A DNA stretch of 40,183 bases from IMG/VR virus record IMGVR_UViG_3300017544_000286, positions 1 through 40,183 of that record; one strand, 5' to 3'. Below the pieces are notes generated by a model. The model was not told where the DNA came from and ran no database searches. It was given only the letters and a program-made list of their open reading frames with translations. Made by a program: the position numbers and the translations under genes. Source of the DNA: a virus. Its lineage: Duplodnaviria > Caudoviricetes. Shown piece after piece: positions 25,701-35,491 of the stretch (position 1 is its first letter; the number at the start of each line of letters is the position of its first letter).

Positions 25701-26048
25701 ATGGATCTTCCCACGGAACTCATCGCCGATCTGGACGACGCCCTTACCGCCACCGGTCAAGATATCATCCTGCGCCGTGTCACCGGCACGGAGAGCCAGA
25801 CCAATACGGATGTCACGTGTCGTGCCATGGTGCGGGAATTCGCCGCGCGTGAGCTCGTGAACGGTCTGCAATACGGCGACCGCCAGGTCATCATCTCGCC
25901 GACGCAGATCAACGCCGCATCCTGGCCACTACCGGTCCTGCGCAATGATTTCGCCGTCATAGACGAACAGGTCTGGAATATCGAGGCCGCCAACCATCAG
26001 AAGATCGCCGGCACTCTTGTGCGCATCGAGCTGGTGGTCCGGGGTTGA
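25701..26048 (+). CDS. Head closure / neck protein
   Basis: GQDIILRR...RIELVVRG; synteny. Confidence 0.65.
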   Translation: MDLPTELIADLDDALTATGQDIILRRVTGTESQTNTDVTCRAMVREFAARELVNGLQYGDRQVIISPTQINAASWPLPVLRNDFAVIDEQVWNIEAANHQKIAGTLVRIELVVRG

Positions 26049-26070
26049 TACCATCTGCGAAAGTCCAACG

Positions 26071-26685
26071 ATGAAATCTGCTCCCGCCTTCGAACGCGAT
26101 CTCAAGGTCGCGACAGCCGGACTGGATGAGCGCACGCTCAATGCGCTGCTCGCGCGCACGGCGCGTTCGGCCCTCGTCGATGCTGTTGTCAAAGGCGAGG
26201 GGTCGCCGAGCTACATTCGTTCGGTCAACAATATCGTCGGTGCACCGGAAGACAGCGTTCGCGCTCCCGGCCCGATCGTCTATCGCTTTTCCTGGCTCGA
26301 AAGTGCCGCGCGCATGGCGCTCGATTATTGCATTGGGCGTTCACCGGCGGCGTCGGGCCGGTATCGCAGGTCCTGGTTCGTTCTGGCTGACAACGCCAAA
26401 TGGGATGAACGGTCCCCTCTGCGCCTCGATGCTCAGGTGATCGTGACCAACGACCAGCCCTATCATCGAAAGATCGAGGTCGGCGCGATGCAGATGGCCG
26501 GGCGGCCGCACATCGTCGAAGGGGCCGAGAAGTTCATTCGGGCGGAGTTCAAGGGCAGCATTGCGGCCGTGACGCGTTATATCGAGCTTGCCGGTGGGTA
26601 CCGTCTGAGGCGTTCCCACGGCCGGCGCGGTCGCATGGCGGGCGATCCGCTCACCTATCCCGCGCTCGTTCTGACGCTCGTCTGA
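26071..26685 (+). CDS. Neck/tail completion protein (HK97 gp10-like)
   Basis: SPAASGRYRRSW...NDQPYHRKIE motif; synteny. Confidence 0.65.
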   Translation: MKSAPAFERDLKVATAGLDERTLNALLARTARSALVDAVVKGEGSPSYIRSVNNIVGAPEDSVRAPGPIVYRFSWLESAARMALDYCIGRSPAASGRYRRSWFVLADNAKWDERSPLRLDAQVIVTNDQPYHRKIEVGAMQMAGRPHIVEGAEKFIRAEFKGSIAAVTRYIELAGGYRLRRSHGRRGRMAGDPLTYPALVLTLV

Positions 26686-26687
26686 TC

Positions 26688-27122
26688 ATGGCATCCGATA
26701 CCGCATATTCATCGGTCCGCACGTTCCTTGAGGAAAACTGGACGACCATAAAGCTGCTCTTCGATAACGAGAACGTCGCCTCTGATGGCGAGACGCGCGT
26801 CGAGCAGGGCACCGATCCCTGGATTATGGTCGAAATGACCGGCGACTTTCGCGACCAGGCCTCCATCGGCGCCGGCGATCCGGCTGACGATCTGTGGCGT
26901 GAAGGTGGTCAGATCCTATTTACCGTGATGGTCAAGTCGGGCACGGGCTCGCGGCTCGCGCGGCAATATGCCCGTCAATTGTCCGACCTCTTCCGTGGCC
27001 TCGAACTATCGAACGGCACGCTCCGGTTTCTGGGCGGCTCCATCGGGCTCGGTGAGATCAGCACGCGCAACGGCAAATGGTACGGCCTGCCGCTCAATAT
27101 CGACTACGAACTCGATAGCTGA
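26688..27122 (+). CDS. Tail terminator protein
   Basis: 144 aa directly before the tail tube gene; G.G...ARQYARQLSDLFRG pattern. Confidence 0.65.
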   Translation: MASDTAYSSVRTFLEENWTTIKLLFDNENVASDGETRVEQGTDPWIMVEMTGDFRDQASIGAGDPADDLWREGGQILFTVMVKSGTGSRLARQYARQLSDLFRGLELSNGTLRFLGGSIGLGEISTRNGKWYGLPLNIDYELDS

Positions 27123-27222
27123 TGCAGGACGTCCCTGCGAACGACGTTCGCAACTCGTCCTGGCCTACGTTCTGGGCGCATTCGGCCCAAGCACTGACTT
27201 CTTCGGATAGGAGATCTTTCCC

Positions 27223-28695
27223 ATGACCGATTCCAATCGTATCCAGCTCGCGGCCGTGCGCGAGACCACTATCGGAACCACGCCCGATACGCCTCGCATG
27301 CGCAAGATGCGGTTCACCGGCGAAAGCCTCGCGTTCCGCCCGGACTTCATTCAATCGAACGAGATCCGTGACGACCGCATGAGTGCCGATCCCATCAAGG
27401 TCGGAGAATCGAACGCCGGCGGCATCAATTTCGAATGGCACTATCCCAAGGATGAATCGATCCTGTCGGAGGCGATCTGTTCCGCCTTCATGGCCGACTG
27501 GACCAAAAGCCCGCAGCGCGACAACGACGGTACGGCCGACGCCGTGATCACCGGCGTCGCAGCGACGTCTGATACCTACACGGTCACAACGGGGGCGGCC
27601 TTCGTGGAGGGGCATCTCGTTCGCGCGACCGGCTTCACCAATTCAGGCAATAACCAGATTTTCCGTGCCCAGTCGGGCTCGGGCGCGACGTCGGTGATCG
27701 CGCCGTCTTCGCCGGGTCTCACGGATGAAGACGCTCCCCCAGCCGCCGCGCGCCTCAAGGCCGTCGGCTTTCAGGGTGCGTCGGGCGACATCACCGCCAC
27801 CGCGAGCGGTCTGGTATCGACCAGTCTGGATTTCACCACGCTCGGTCTCGCCGCCGGCATGTGGTTGAAAATCGGTGGTTCGGCGGCGGCGGACAAGTTC
27901 GCGACCGCAGCCAATAACGATTGGGTGCGTGTCACGGCCGTCGATGACACCGCGCTTACATGCGACAATCTGCCCTCAGGCTGGACGGCCGATGACGGCA
28001 CGGGCAAGACATTGAAGGTCTGGTTCGGCGATTACATCAAGAACGGCACGACCAAGGTCGGCCTTTCGATCGAACGCGGCTTCATGGGCCAGGGAACGCC
28101 GACCTATGTCCTTCAGAAGGGCATGGTGGTGAATTCCATGACCGTGACCATCCCGAAGAAGCAGGTGACAACCGGGTCGTTCGACTTCATGGGCATGGCG
28201 GGTTCGCAGGGAACCACGTCGGTCGATTCCTCGCCCGATGCGGCGCCGGCGCTCGCCGATTATCCGGTTGTCGCCGGCAGCGCCAACGTGGGCCGTGTTG
28301 CCGAGAACGGAGCGACCTTGGCCTCCCCCAACTGGGCCGACAGTGTGACCTACACATTGAACAATAACCTGCGGGCGATCGAGGCGGTCGATAGCATTGC
28401 ACCGGTTGCGCATGGCGTCGGTGAATGTTCAGTGACTGTCGAGTTGAACACCTATTTCGGCAGTAACACGCTCTATGCCAAGCTGCTCAGCGGTACCGCA
28501 ACGAACGTCAATAGCCGGGTGGTCAAGAACTCGCAGGCCATGATCTGGGCGTGTCCACGTCTGACCGCGACCGAGGGCAATCCCAACGCCCAGGGCAAGA
28601 ACCAGGATGTCATGTTGCCGTTGCGTCTGTCGGCGTCTTACGACAGCACGACCGCTGCCCACATCATCCTCAATCGGCTCGAATATTACGAATAG
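27223..28695 (+). CDS. Major tail tube protein
   Basis: AGGAG RBS; ETTIGTTP, QSNEIRDDRM and GGINFEW patterns; central Thr/Gly/Ala-rich insertion. Confidence 0.8.
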   Translation: MTDSNRIQLAAVRETTIGTTPDTPRMRKMRFTGESLAFRPDFIQSNEIRDDRMSADPIKVGESNAGGINFEWHYPKDESILSEAICSAFMADWTKSPQRDNDGTADAVITGVAATSDTYTVTTGAAFVEGHLVRATGFTNSGNNQIFRAQSGSGATSVIAPSSPGLTDEDAPPAAARLKAVGFQGASGDITATASGLVSTSLDFTTLGLAAGMWLKIGGSAAADKFATAANNDWVRVTAVDDTALTCDNLPSGWTADDGTGKTLKVWFGDYIKNGTTKVGLSIERGFMGQGTPTYVLQKGMVVNSMTVTIPKKQVTTGSFDFMGMAGSQGTTSVDSSPDAAPALADYPVVAGSANVGRVAENGATLASPNWADSVTYTLNNNLRAIEAVDSIAPVAHGVGECSVTVELNTYFGSNTLYAKLLSGTATNVNSRVVKNSQAMIWACPRLTATEGNPNAQGKNQDVMLPLRLSASYDSTTAAHIILNRLEYYE

Positions 28696-28899
28696 GCGCG
28701 CAGCGCGCAGGCCAGGCAGGGATGGTGTGGTCGGCTGCCTGGCCGTCTTGGTGAAACGCCATCATTCCCAATCTTCCCCATTGGCCTCGCGCCAACCCGC
28801 CCCGATAGGCGGGGCTGTCTCCCATTCGGGGGACGGTTGCAACCGGGCCGCGGCGTGTATCGGCGCGCCGCGGCTTTTCCTTCCGATAAAGGATCCGAC

Positions 28900-29316
28900 A
28901 TGGGTATTAAGCTTACCTCCATCAAAAGAAACTTGGCCGCCGAGCGCGAAGGTGAATGGCAGGAGATCTTCGAACTGCCGGGCGTTTCCCTGAAGGTCCG
29001 TTCGATCCACTACGGCCCGTTCCAGACCGCCTTGGGCATGGTCCAGAAAAAGCTGCAGCGTCAGTATGGCGACAAGGTGCCGCCCGACATCCTGTTCGCC
29101 GAGAACGGCAAGCTCTATCACGAACATCTTCTGCTCGACTGGCGCGGCTTCGATGAGCCGTATACGCCGGAGCGCGCCCTTGAAGTCCTGACCGATGACG
29201 GTTTCCGCGAGCTGCACGAGCATATCCGCCGGGCGTCTTCTTTGGTCGGCGCCGCCGAGGTCGATTTCCTCGAGGACGCAACAAAAAACTCCGAAGCGCC
29301 CTCCGCTACGAGCTGA
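28900..29316 (+). CDS. Tail assembly chaperone (gpG-like)
   Basis: Between tail tube and tape measure; LLLDWRGF..PYTPERA; ends near a slippery A AAA AAC. Confidence 0.8.
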   Translation: MGIKLTSIKRNLAAEREGEWQEIFELPGVSLKVRSIHYGPFQTALGMVQKKLQRQYGDKVPPDILFAENGKLYHEHLLLDWRGFDEPYTPERALEVLTDDGFRELHEHIRRASSLVGAAEVDFLEDATKNSEAPSATS

Positions 29317-29675
29317 CGCGGAGCGGCCTCGATGACTGGCTGGCTGAGCTGGCCGACGAAGAGGCCGACGCGGTCCAATTCAAGGACCGCGCACGGCCTG
29401 CCGACAGCGAATGGCCGGATTGGTCGGTACCGATCCGGCGCGCCTGGTCCGACCTGCAGGGTGAGCGTGGATCATCCTTGATCGGTGTCGGTGTACCGGG
29501 TGGCGGTTTCTCATTGCAGCCTCTGCCCGGACCATTGCTCTGGTCGGCATTCGATAGCTGGGCGCGACGTTACGGCGTCTTGGGTAGCGATTTTGATTTC
29601 TTCTGGGCCTGTCTGCGCGCGCTGGACACCGAATTCCTCGAACATGCGCGCAAATACCTGACCGAACCTTCCTGA
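29289..29675 (+). CDS. -1 frameshift extension of the tail chaperone (gpGT-like)
   Basis: The -1 frame is open from the slippery site (LRSALRYELTRSGLDDW...) to TGA 29675, with no good independent start. Confidence 0.75.
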   Translation, partial: LRSALRYELTRSGLDDWLAELADEEADAVQFKDRARPADSEWPDWSVPIRRAWSDLQGERGSSLIGVGVPGGGFSLQPLPGPLLWSAFDSWARRYGVLGSDFDFFWACLRALDTEFLEHARKYLTEPS

Positions 29676-29705
29676 ACAGCGCGGCTTGTGCCGCGAGGGT
29701 AACCG

Positions 29706-32700
29706 ATGGCCACTCGCCTTGAATCCTTGCGTGTGAGTTCGGACTTCGATGCGTCGAAGTACACGCAGGGTGCCGCCCAGAAGGTGGCCGCCGACCAGAA
29801 GATGGTCGACGCCGCCAAGAAGGTCGATGACGCGGTCACACAGACCGAACGCAAGGTCGTTCAAACCACGACGGCTTTCGATCGCCAGGTTCGTGCGGTC
29901 GATGCCAGTGCTGCGGCCACGGCGAAGATGGCACAGGCCGAACGCACCTTCGGGCGCGCGCTCGAACAGGGTGCGATCACGCAAGCGCGCCATGCCGAGC
30001 TCATCGATCTGGCGCGTCGACGCTACGTCGATTTTTCGCCGTCCGCGGACCGTGCTGCAATCTCCACAAGGAACGTGCGCACGCAGATCCAGCAGGCAGG
30101 TTTCCAGTTCGGCGACTTTGCCGTCCAGATCGCTTCCGGCCAGAACGCCATCGTCGCCGCGACGCAGCAGGGCTCGCAGCTCCTCCAGGTCTTTGGCGGG
30201 CCTTGGGGCGCCGTCATGGGCGCGGCGGCATCCATCGTCGGCGCTGTTGCCGTGGGGCTGCTGGGCCTGAAGGGAAGCACCAAGGAGGCCGAGGATGCGA
30301 CCAAGGCGCACAGCAAGGCCATCGAAGAAAGTAACGCACTCCTTCTGACCAATGAGGAGCGCACCAAGGCGAACGCCGCCGCGCAGCTCGAAAGTGCCGA
30401 GACGAGCCTGCGCGCGGCGCTCAACAGCGAGCGCGCGACCCAATCCGCCTTGCGGCAACGCATTGCCGATACCGAAGGCCGCCTCAGACTGGAAAGCGTC
30501 GTTCCGGAATTTCAGCGTGGTGCCGGTACGCAGGCGCTTGTTGAAAAATATACGCGTCAGCTCGATGTGCTTCGTGACAGCGCCGCGCGGACCGAGTTGG
30601 AAATCGGCAATCTGCAGTTCCAGCTTGATCGCCTCGCGGATCCCGATCAGCTGGGCGCCAACCGCGATGCGCAGGCGGACTATTTCAAATTGATCAATGC
30701 CGCTCTGGACGATACGGCCAAGAAGGCCGCGACGTCGGCCGCGAAGATCGACACGGAATTCGAGTCCGCCATGGATTCGCTGCAACGTGGCTGGGATGCC
30801 AAGCGCGAGCAACAGGAACAGCGCACAAATCGTTCGGTCGAGAAATATATCGCGGGTCTGGAAGCCGCATCGTCTCTCGACGGCCTGTCGACCGAGCAGA
30901 AGGAAATCCAGCGTGCATTGATCGAAGCGCAGAACAAGCTCTATGACGATCAAGGCAACAAGCTTCGCGATCTCACCGATACCGAAAAGAACCGCATCGA
31001 AACCTCGGTGCGCAAGGCCCAGACCGACAAGCAGGCTGCAGCCGATGCCGTGAAGGCGCAACGCGATCTCGAAAATGCCATCGAACGCGGGACCGATCGC
31101 GCGGTCGGTGTGGCGGCCGACGTCATCTATGACGGCTTCACCGGCAAGATCTCAAGCATCGGCGAATTTCTCAAGACGACCTTGCTGCGCGCGGCCGCTG
31201 AGGCGGCCGCGCAGATGGTGCTGCGGCCCCTTATCCAGCCGGTAGTTTCGGCCGCTGTCTCAATGGGCCAGTCGCTATTCGGTGGGGGCGCGGGCAGCTC
31301 TCTTCTCGGCGCCAACGGCTCTGGGTTCGGTGGCGGCGCCATGAACCTGCTGAGCCTTGGCAAGATGATTCCGGGTGTCACGGGTGCCATCGACGCGTTT
31401 GGAGCATCAACCGGTCTCTTCGCTGCCGGGGCAGGATCCGCCGCCCAGGCCTCGATCCTGGCCGATGCCGCCGCCGCCGGTGTCGCTCCGGCCGAAGCAT
31501 TAGCGGGTGCGTCGACGCTATCAACGACACTTTCGGCGGCCCTGGGTGCGGGAGGCATTGGACTGACTGCGGGCATGCTGTTGGGCCAGCTCACTGGTTC
31601 CCGCGCGATTGGTGGCATTGGTGGTGCCGGTACCGGTGCGCTCGCGGGCTTCGCCATTGGCGGCCCCGTCGGTGCGGTGATCGGCGGCATCGCCGGCGGC
31701 TTGGGCGGCTTGATCGGTGGTGGCGGGAAGGAGCCGCATCCGGCCTCGTCCACGCAGATCGGTGTCGATTCCGCTGGCAACCTCATCCTCGGGGCGAGTG
31801 CGGCCAAACACGCCGATATCTCGCAAAGCCGCGATCCCGCAGCGCAGATCATCAAGAGTCTGAACACCCTGTTCGACCAGTACGGTTTTCTGGCGCGTGG
31901 CGGTTCGCAGGTTGCGTTCGACGTCAACGCCTCGAAGGCTTTCTCGCCCGAGCAGGCCATCCAGCAGCTTGTGATGAGCGCGACCAGCGGCAATGCCGCG
32001 CTGGACCAGGCCGTGGATACCTTCTTCGGCTCGCGGTCCGGCGGCATGGATGCCAACGCGCTGTTGAATGCGTTCTCCGAACTCGCCTCGACCTTCAAGA
32101 CGATCGAAAGCATCGATCTCGATCCCAAGCCCTTGTCCCAGGTCGAGGAAGCGCTCAAGCGCATCAATGACGGCGCCGATCAGCTTCGCGCGAGCGCGGA
32201 GAAGTTCGGCTTTTCGGCGGCGCAGGTCGCAAAGATCGAAGAGGCGCGGGCGAAGGCGCTGGCCGACGTGACCGAGACATTCAATACCTCGATCTCGGAC
32301 CAGATCCTGGCCATCACCGATCCGCAAGAATTGGCCCTGCGCGAGCTGGAGCGCGCGCAGAAAGATCGCCTCGAAGAGGCCAAGAAGGCCGGGGCGGATC
32401 TGGTCGCCGTCGAGAAACTGGCTGGGCTGGAACGCGAGAAGGTTATCGAGCAATTCTCGCAGCAGAGCGTCGATAGCCTGAAGAAGTTCATGGAGGAATT
32501 GACCTTCGGCGCCTCGTCCGGCGTTGCGCCCGTTGCGCAGCTCTCCGGTTCGCGCGCTGCGTTCGACGCCGCGGCGGCGCAGGCGCTCGCGGGCGATCTG
32601 GACGCACGTGACCGGATTGTCGATCTGGGCCAGACCTTCCTGAATGCATCCCGTTCGGTCAACGCGTCGACGGGGGCGTATTTCAAGGATCGCGATCGCG

Positions 32701-32987
32701 TGCGCGATATCGTGTCAGCTTTGCTCGGCGATGTGCCGGGCTTCGCGTCCGGCGGCTCGTTTCAGGTCCCTGCGCTGGCGGGCAACGACAACATGATCCC
32801 GCTGATCCGCGTTTCGGGTGGCGAGACTGTCAGCGTCAGCCGCAACAATGAGGATGGCCGCAACACGTCGGTTGAGGCCGTGCGTCAGCAAACGGCGGTT
32901 CAGGTCGATGCCATCCGCGAGGTTCGCGACGCGATCAGCGAGCTCAAACGCGAAATCCGGCTTCTCAGCCAGAAGGTTGCTGCCTGA
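29706..32987 (+). CDS. Tail tape measure protein
   Basis: 1093 aa, Ala-rich and helical; QFGDFAVQIASGQ...QQGSQL motif; Gly-rich hydrophobic stretch. Confidence 0.93.
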   Translation: MATRLESLRVSSDFDASKYTQGAAQKVAADQKMVDAAKKVDDAVTQTERKVVQTTTAFDRQVRAVDASAAATAKMAQAERTFGRALEQGAITQARHAELIDLARRRYVDFSPSADRAAISTRNVRTQIQQAGFQFGDFAVQIASGQNAIVAATQQGSQLLQVFGGPWGAVMGAAASIVGAVAVGLLGLKGSTKEAEDATKAHSKAIEESNALLLTNEERTKANAAAQLESAETSLRAALNSERATQSALRQRIADTEGRLRLESVVPEFQRGAGTQALVEKYTRQLDVLRDSAARTELEIGNLQFQLDRLADPDQLGANRDAQADYFKLINAALDDTAKKAATSAAKIDTEFESAMDSLQRGWDAKREQQEQRTNRSVEKYIAGLEAASSLDGLSTEQKEIQRALIEAQNKLYDDQGNKLRDLTDTEKNRIETSVRKAQTDKQAAADAVKAQRDLENAIERGTDRAVGVAADVIYDGFTGKISSIGEFLKTTLLRAAAEAAAQMVLRPLIQPVVSAAVSMGQSLFGGGAGSSLLGANGSGFGGGAMNLLSLGKMIPGVTGAIDAFGASTGLFAAGAGSAAQASILADAAAAGVAPAEALAGASTLSTTLSAALGAGGIGLTAGMLLGQLTGSRAIGGIGGAGTGALAGFAIGGPVGAVIGGIAGGLGGLIGGGGKEPHPASSTQIGVDSAGNLILGASAAKHADISQSRDPAAQIIKSLNTLFDQYGFLARGGSQVAFDVNASKAFSPEQAIQQLVMSATSGNAALDQAVDTFFGSRSGGMDANALLNAFSELASTFKTIESIDLDPKPLSQVEEALKRINDGADQLRASAEKFGFSAAQVAKIEEARAKALADVTETFNTSISDQILAITDPQELALRELERAQKDRLEEAKKAGADLVAVEKLAGLEREKVIEQFSQQSVDSLKKFMEELTFGASSGVAPVAQLSGSRAAFDAAAAQALAGDLDARDRIVDLGQTFLNASRSVNASTGAYFKDRDRVRDIVSALLGDVPGFASGGSFQVPALAGNDNMIPLIRVSGGETVSVSRNNEDGRNTSVEAVRQQTAVQVDAIREVRDAISELKREIRLLSQKVAA

Positions 32988-34696
32988 TGCTCGGCGTCAA
33001 GCCGCTCGGCGCCCGTCCGCTCGGCGCCGGATATACGGCCGCTGCATCGCCTTCCGCCTTCATCACGCTGGTCCAGAGCAGTGAGGCGGAGGGGCAATAT
33101 CTGGTCGAGATCAAGGCCTACAAGGGCGACCGCATCAGGACGGGTGGCGGCGCCATGCTCGGCGCGGCGCCTTTGGGCCGACGGCCGCTTGGGTCCTCCG
33201 TAGCCCTTGGCCAGGGAAGCGCCGGCGAGGTTGACCTGCTGTATTCCGATGCGCACTGGGTTGGTGCGCCGGACGATGTCGTCAAACCCAACGCCTATTA
33301 CGAGGGTCGGGTCAATGTGCCCCTCGTCATGGAGCGCAACCTGCCGCTCACGCCGGAGACCAGTCCATGGGTGCAGCGCCAGTTCGGCTCAATCGAGATC
33401 GCCAACGGCGACGGTGCGTTGGACTCGATTGTGCAATCCTACGCGGTGGATGGTCGCGTCGTGCGCGTCCTCTATGGCCCCAAGATGGGGGCTTACCGCG
33501 ATTTCAAGACGATCGCGGAAGTGCTGGCGACGGGATGGCAGGCCGACGATCTGACGGCGAGCCTGTTGCTGCGAGACAGAGGATATGCGCTCGACCTGCC
33601 GCTGCAAGCGACCCTGTATGAAGGCACAGGCGACGCAGAAGGCACCGACGAACTCGCGGGCAAGCCGAAACCGATCTGCTTCGGGCGCGCACGGAACCTC
33701 ACGCCGGTCCTGATCGACCCGGCCAACCTGATCTATCAGGTCCACTACCGCGAGATCGATGCGATCGATGCGGTTTACGACCAAGGTGCCGGGCTGACCG
33801 ACAGCGCCGACGATGCGGACGATTACGCGGCTCTCGTGGCCCTGTCGGTCACGGAAGGGCAATATGCGACCTGTCTCGCGGAAGGACTGTTCAAGATCGG
33901 TGCCACACCGACCGGCCTCTTGACCTGCGACGTGCGTGGCGATGCCGAGCCGGATTATCAGAACACCGTCGACCAGATCGCGCTGCGCATCCTGCAGGAT
34001 ATTGCTGGCATACCGAGCAGCGTCATCAATCGTGGATCGTTCGCGGGCGTCGCCTCGATCGCGGGGGAGCTGGGCTTCCATGTTGGCCCGAACGAGACTC
34101 CAACGGCATCGGAAGCGATGAACATGCTGATCGGCGCAGTTGGCGGCTATTGGGGTTCCGGGCGGGATGGGCGGTACGTGGCGGGGCGGCTCGTTCGTCC
34201 GGAGAACGAAACGCCCATCTTCTATTTCAATCAGTACAACATCCTGGAATTGGAGCCGGAAGAGACGCCGACACCGCGCTATCGCCAGCGCGTCGGATAT
34301 CAGCGCAATTGGACAGTGCAGCGCGGCGAGGATCTGGCGGGCAGCGTCACGGCGGAACGGCGCCAGTTCCTTAAAGAGGACGAAAGGGTCGTCACGGCGC
34401 TTGATACCTCCATTCGGGTCCGCCACCGCCAGGCGCTTGATCCCGCGCCCTTGATGTCGCTTTACGACTCCTCCGCCGATGCGCAGACCCTCGCGGATTA
34501 TCTGCTGGCGTTGCACAAGCCCGATCGACTGATCGTGCGCATCACCTGCAAAAGGCTTGGTTACCTGTTCGATCTCGGCCGCGTGGTGAACCTGACCTGG
34601 CCGCGCCTGGGTCTCTCGAGCGGACGGAACATGGTGATCGTCGGCATCCGTGAAGATGCGGATACGGACAGCACAATTATCCGCTGCTGGGGATAG
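32987..34696 (+). CDS. Tail tip / hub protein
   Basis: 569 aa after the tape measure; YEGTG..EG...GKPKPICFG...N.TPV pattern. Confidence 0.75.
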   Translation: MLGVKPLGARPLGAGYTAAASPSAFITLVQSSEAEGQYLVEIKAYKGDRIRTGGGAMLGAAPLGRRPLGSSVALGQGSAGEVDLLYSDAHWVGAPDDVVKPNAYYEGRVNVPLVMERNLPLTPETSPWVQRQFGSIEIANGDGALDSIVQSYAVDGRVVRVLYGPKMGAYRDFKTIAEVLATGWQADDLTASLLLRDRGYALDLPLQATLYEGTGDAEGTDELAGKPKPICFGRARNLTPVLIDPANLIYQVHYREIDAIDAVYDQGAGLTDSADDADDYAALVALSVTEGQYATCLAEGLFKIGATPTGLLTCDVRGDAEPDYQNTVDQIALRILQDIAGIPSSVINRGSFAGVASIAGELGFHVGPNETPTASEAMNMLIGAVGGYWGSGRDGRYVAGRLVRPENETPIFYFNQYNILELEPEETPTPRYRQRVGYQRNWTVQRGEDLAGSVTAERRQFLKEDERVVTALDTSIRVRHRQALDPAPLMSLYDSSADAQTLADYLLALHKPDRLIVRITCKRLGYLFDLGRVVNLTWPRLGLSSGRNMVIVGIREDADTDSTIIRCWG

Positions 34697-34699
34697 ATC

Positions 34700-35491
34700 A
34701 TGGTCGCGAAAATCGCCTTGAGCTGGGTCAACCAAATCGACGCCAGCGCCACGACCCTGTCCGCGTCCTCGACCGCGGGCGATCTCAGCATCAGCAATAT
34801 TGCCACTCCCATCATCGGCCGGCGCTGGCGCACAACCAGTATGACGGCCTATGGGCTGGCGGATTTTGGATCGGATAAGACGATCGGGCTGCTGGCCTTG
34901 GTGTTTCCCCGTGATACGGCCTTTCCGACGACGGGCACGATCACGCATGCCCTGGATGCCGATGGCGGAACGCCAGGATCCGGCGCTGTCCTCGATGAGG
35001 CGGTGAACATCAATGCGACCAATGGCCCTGTGGCGGGTTACGGCTATCACGTCTACAAGCTGGCGACGCCAGTATCGGCTCGCTATTGGCGCTTCACCTT
35101 CGATGTCTCGGGCGTGCCCTTCATCGATGTCGGCCGAGCCTGGGCCGGGGATGCGTGGCAGCCGGATCTCAACATCGCCTTTGGCTATGGCGACGAATGG
35201 GGTGATCTGAGCCGCGTGTCGCGCTCGACCCGATCCGGTGCCGAGTTCATCGACGAACGGCCTCGGCAACGCGCCTTTGCCTATTCCCTGGAAGCCCTGA
35301 GTGCCGGCGAGCGCGACGATCTCCGCGAGATGCAGCGCATCATCGGGATCTCCAAGCAGCTGCTGTTCGTCAAGGATCCGGACAGTCCGGCGACGGAAAC
35401 CGTGATCGGTCGCATCGATCAATCGACGCCGCTGCTGCAGCCGTATTTCTCTCTCTCTTCCAAAGCCTTCACCGTTCGGGAGTCCCTCTGA
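34700..35491 (+). CDS. Tail tip protein
   Basis: 263 aa in the tail module; ARYWRFTF...DVGRAWAG. Confidence 0.7.
   Translation: MVAKIALSWVNQIDASATTLSASSTAGDLSISNIATPIIGRRWRTTSMTAYGLADFGSDKTIGLLALVFPRDTAFPTTGTITHALDADGGTPGSGAVLDEAVNINATNGPVAGYGYHVYKLATPVSARYWRFTFDVSGVPFIDVGRAWAGDAWQPDLNIAFGYGDEWGDLSRVSRSTRSGAEFIDERPRQRAFAYSLEALSAGERDDLREMQRIIGISKQLLFVKDPDSPATETVIGRIDQSTPLLQPYFSLSSKAFTVRESL

Noticed and set aside
29511-35422. Long minus-strand ORFs (516, 346, 310 and 677 aa) and similar ones opposite terL and the methylase
   Set aside because: Antisense shadows of GC-rich genes with strong codon bias; no recognisable motifs.
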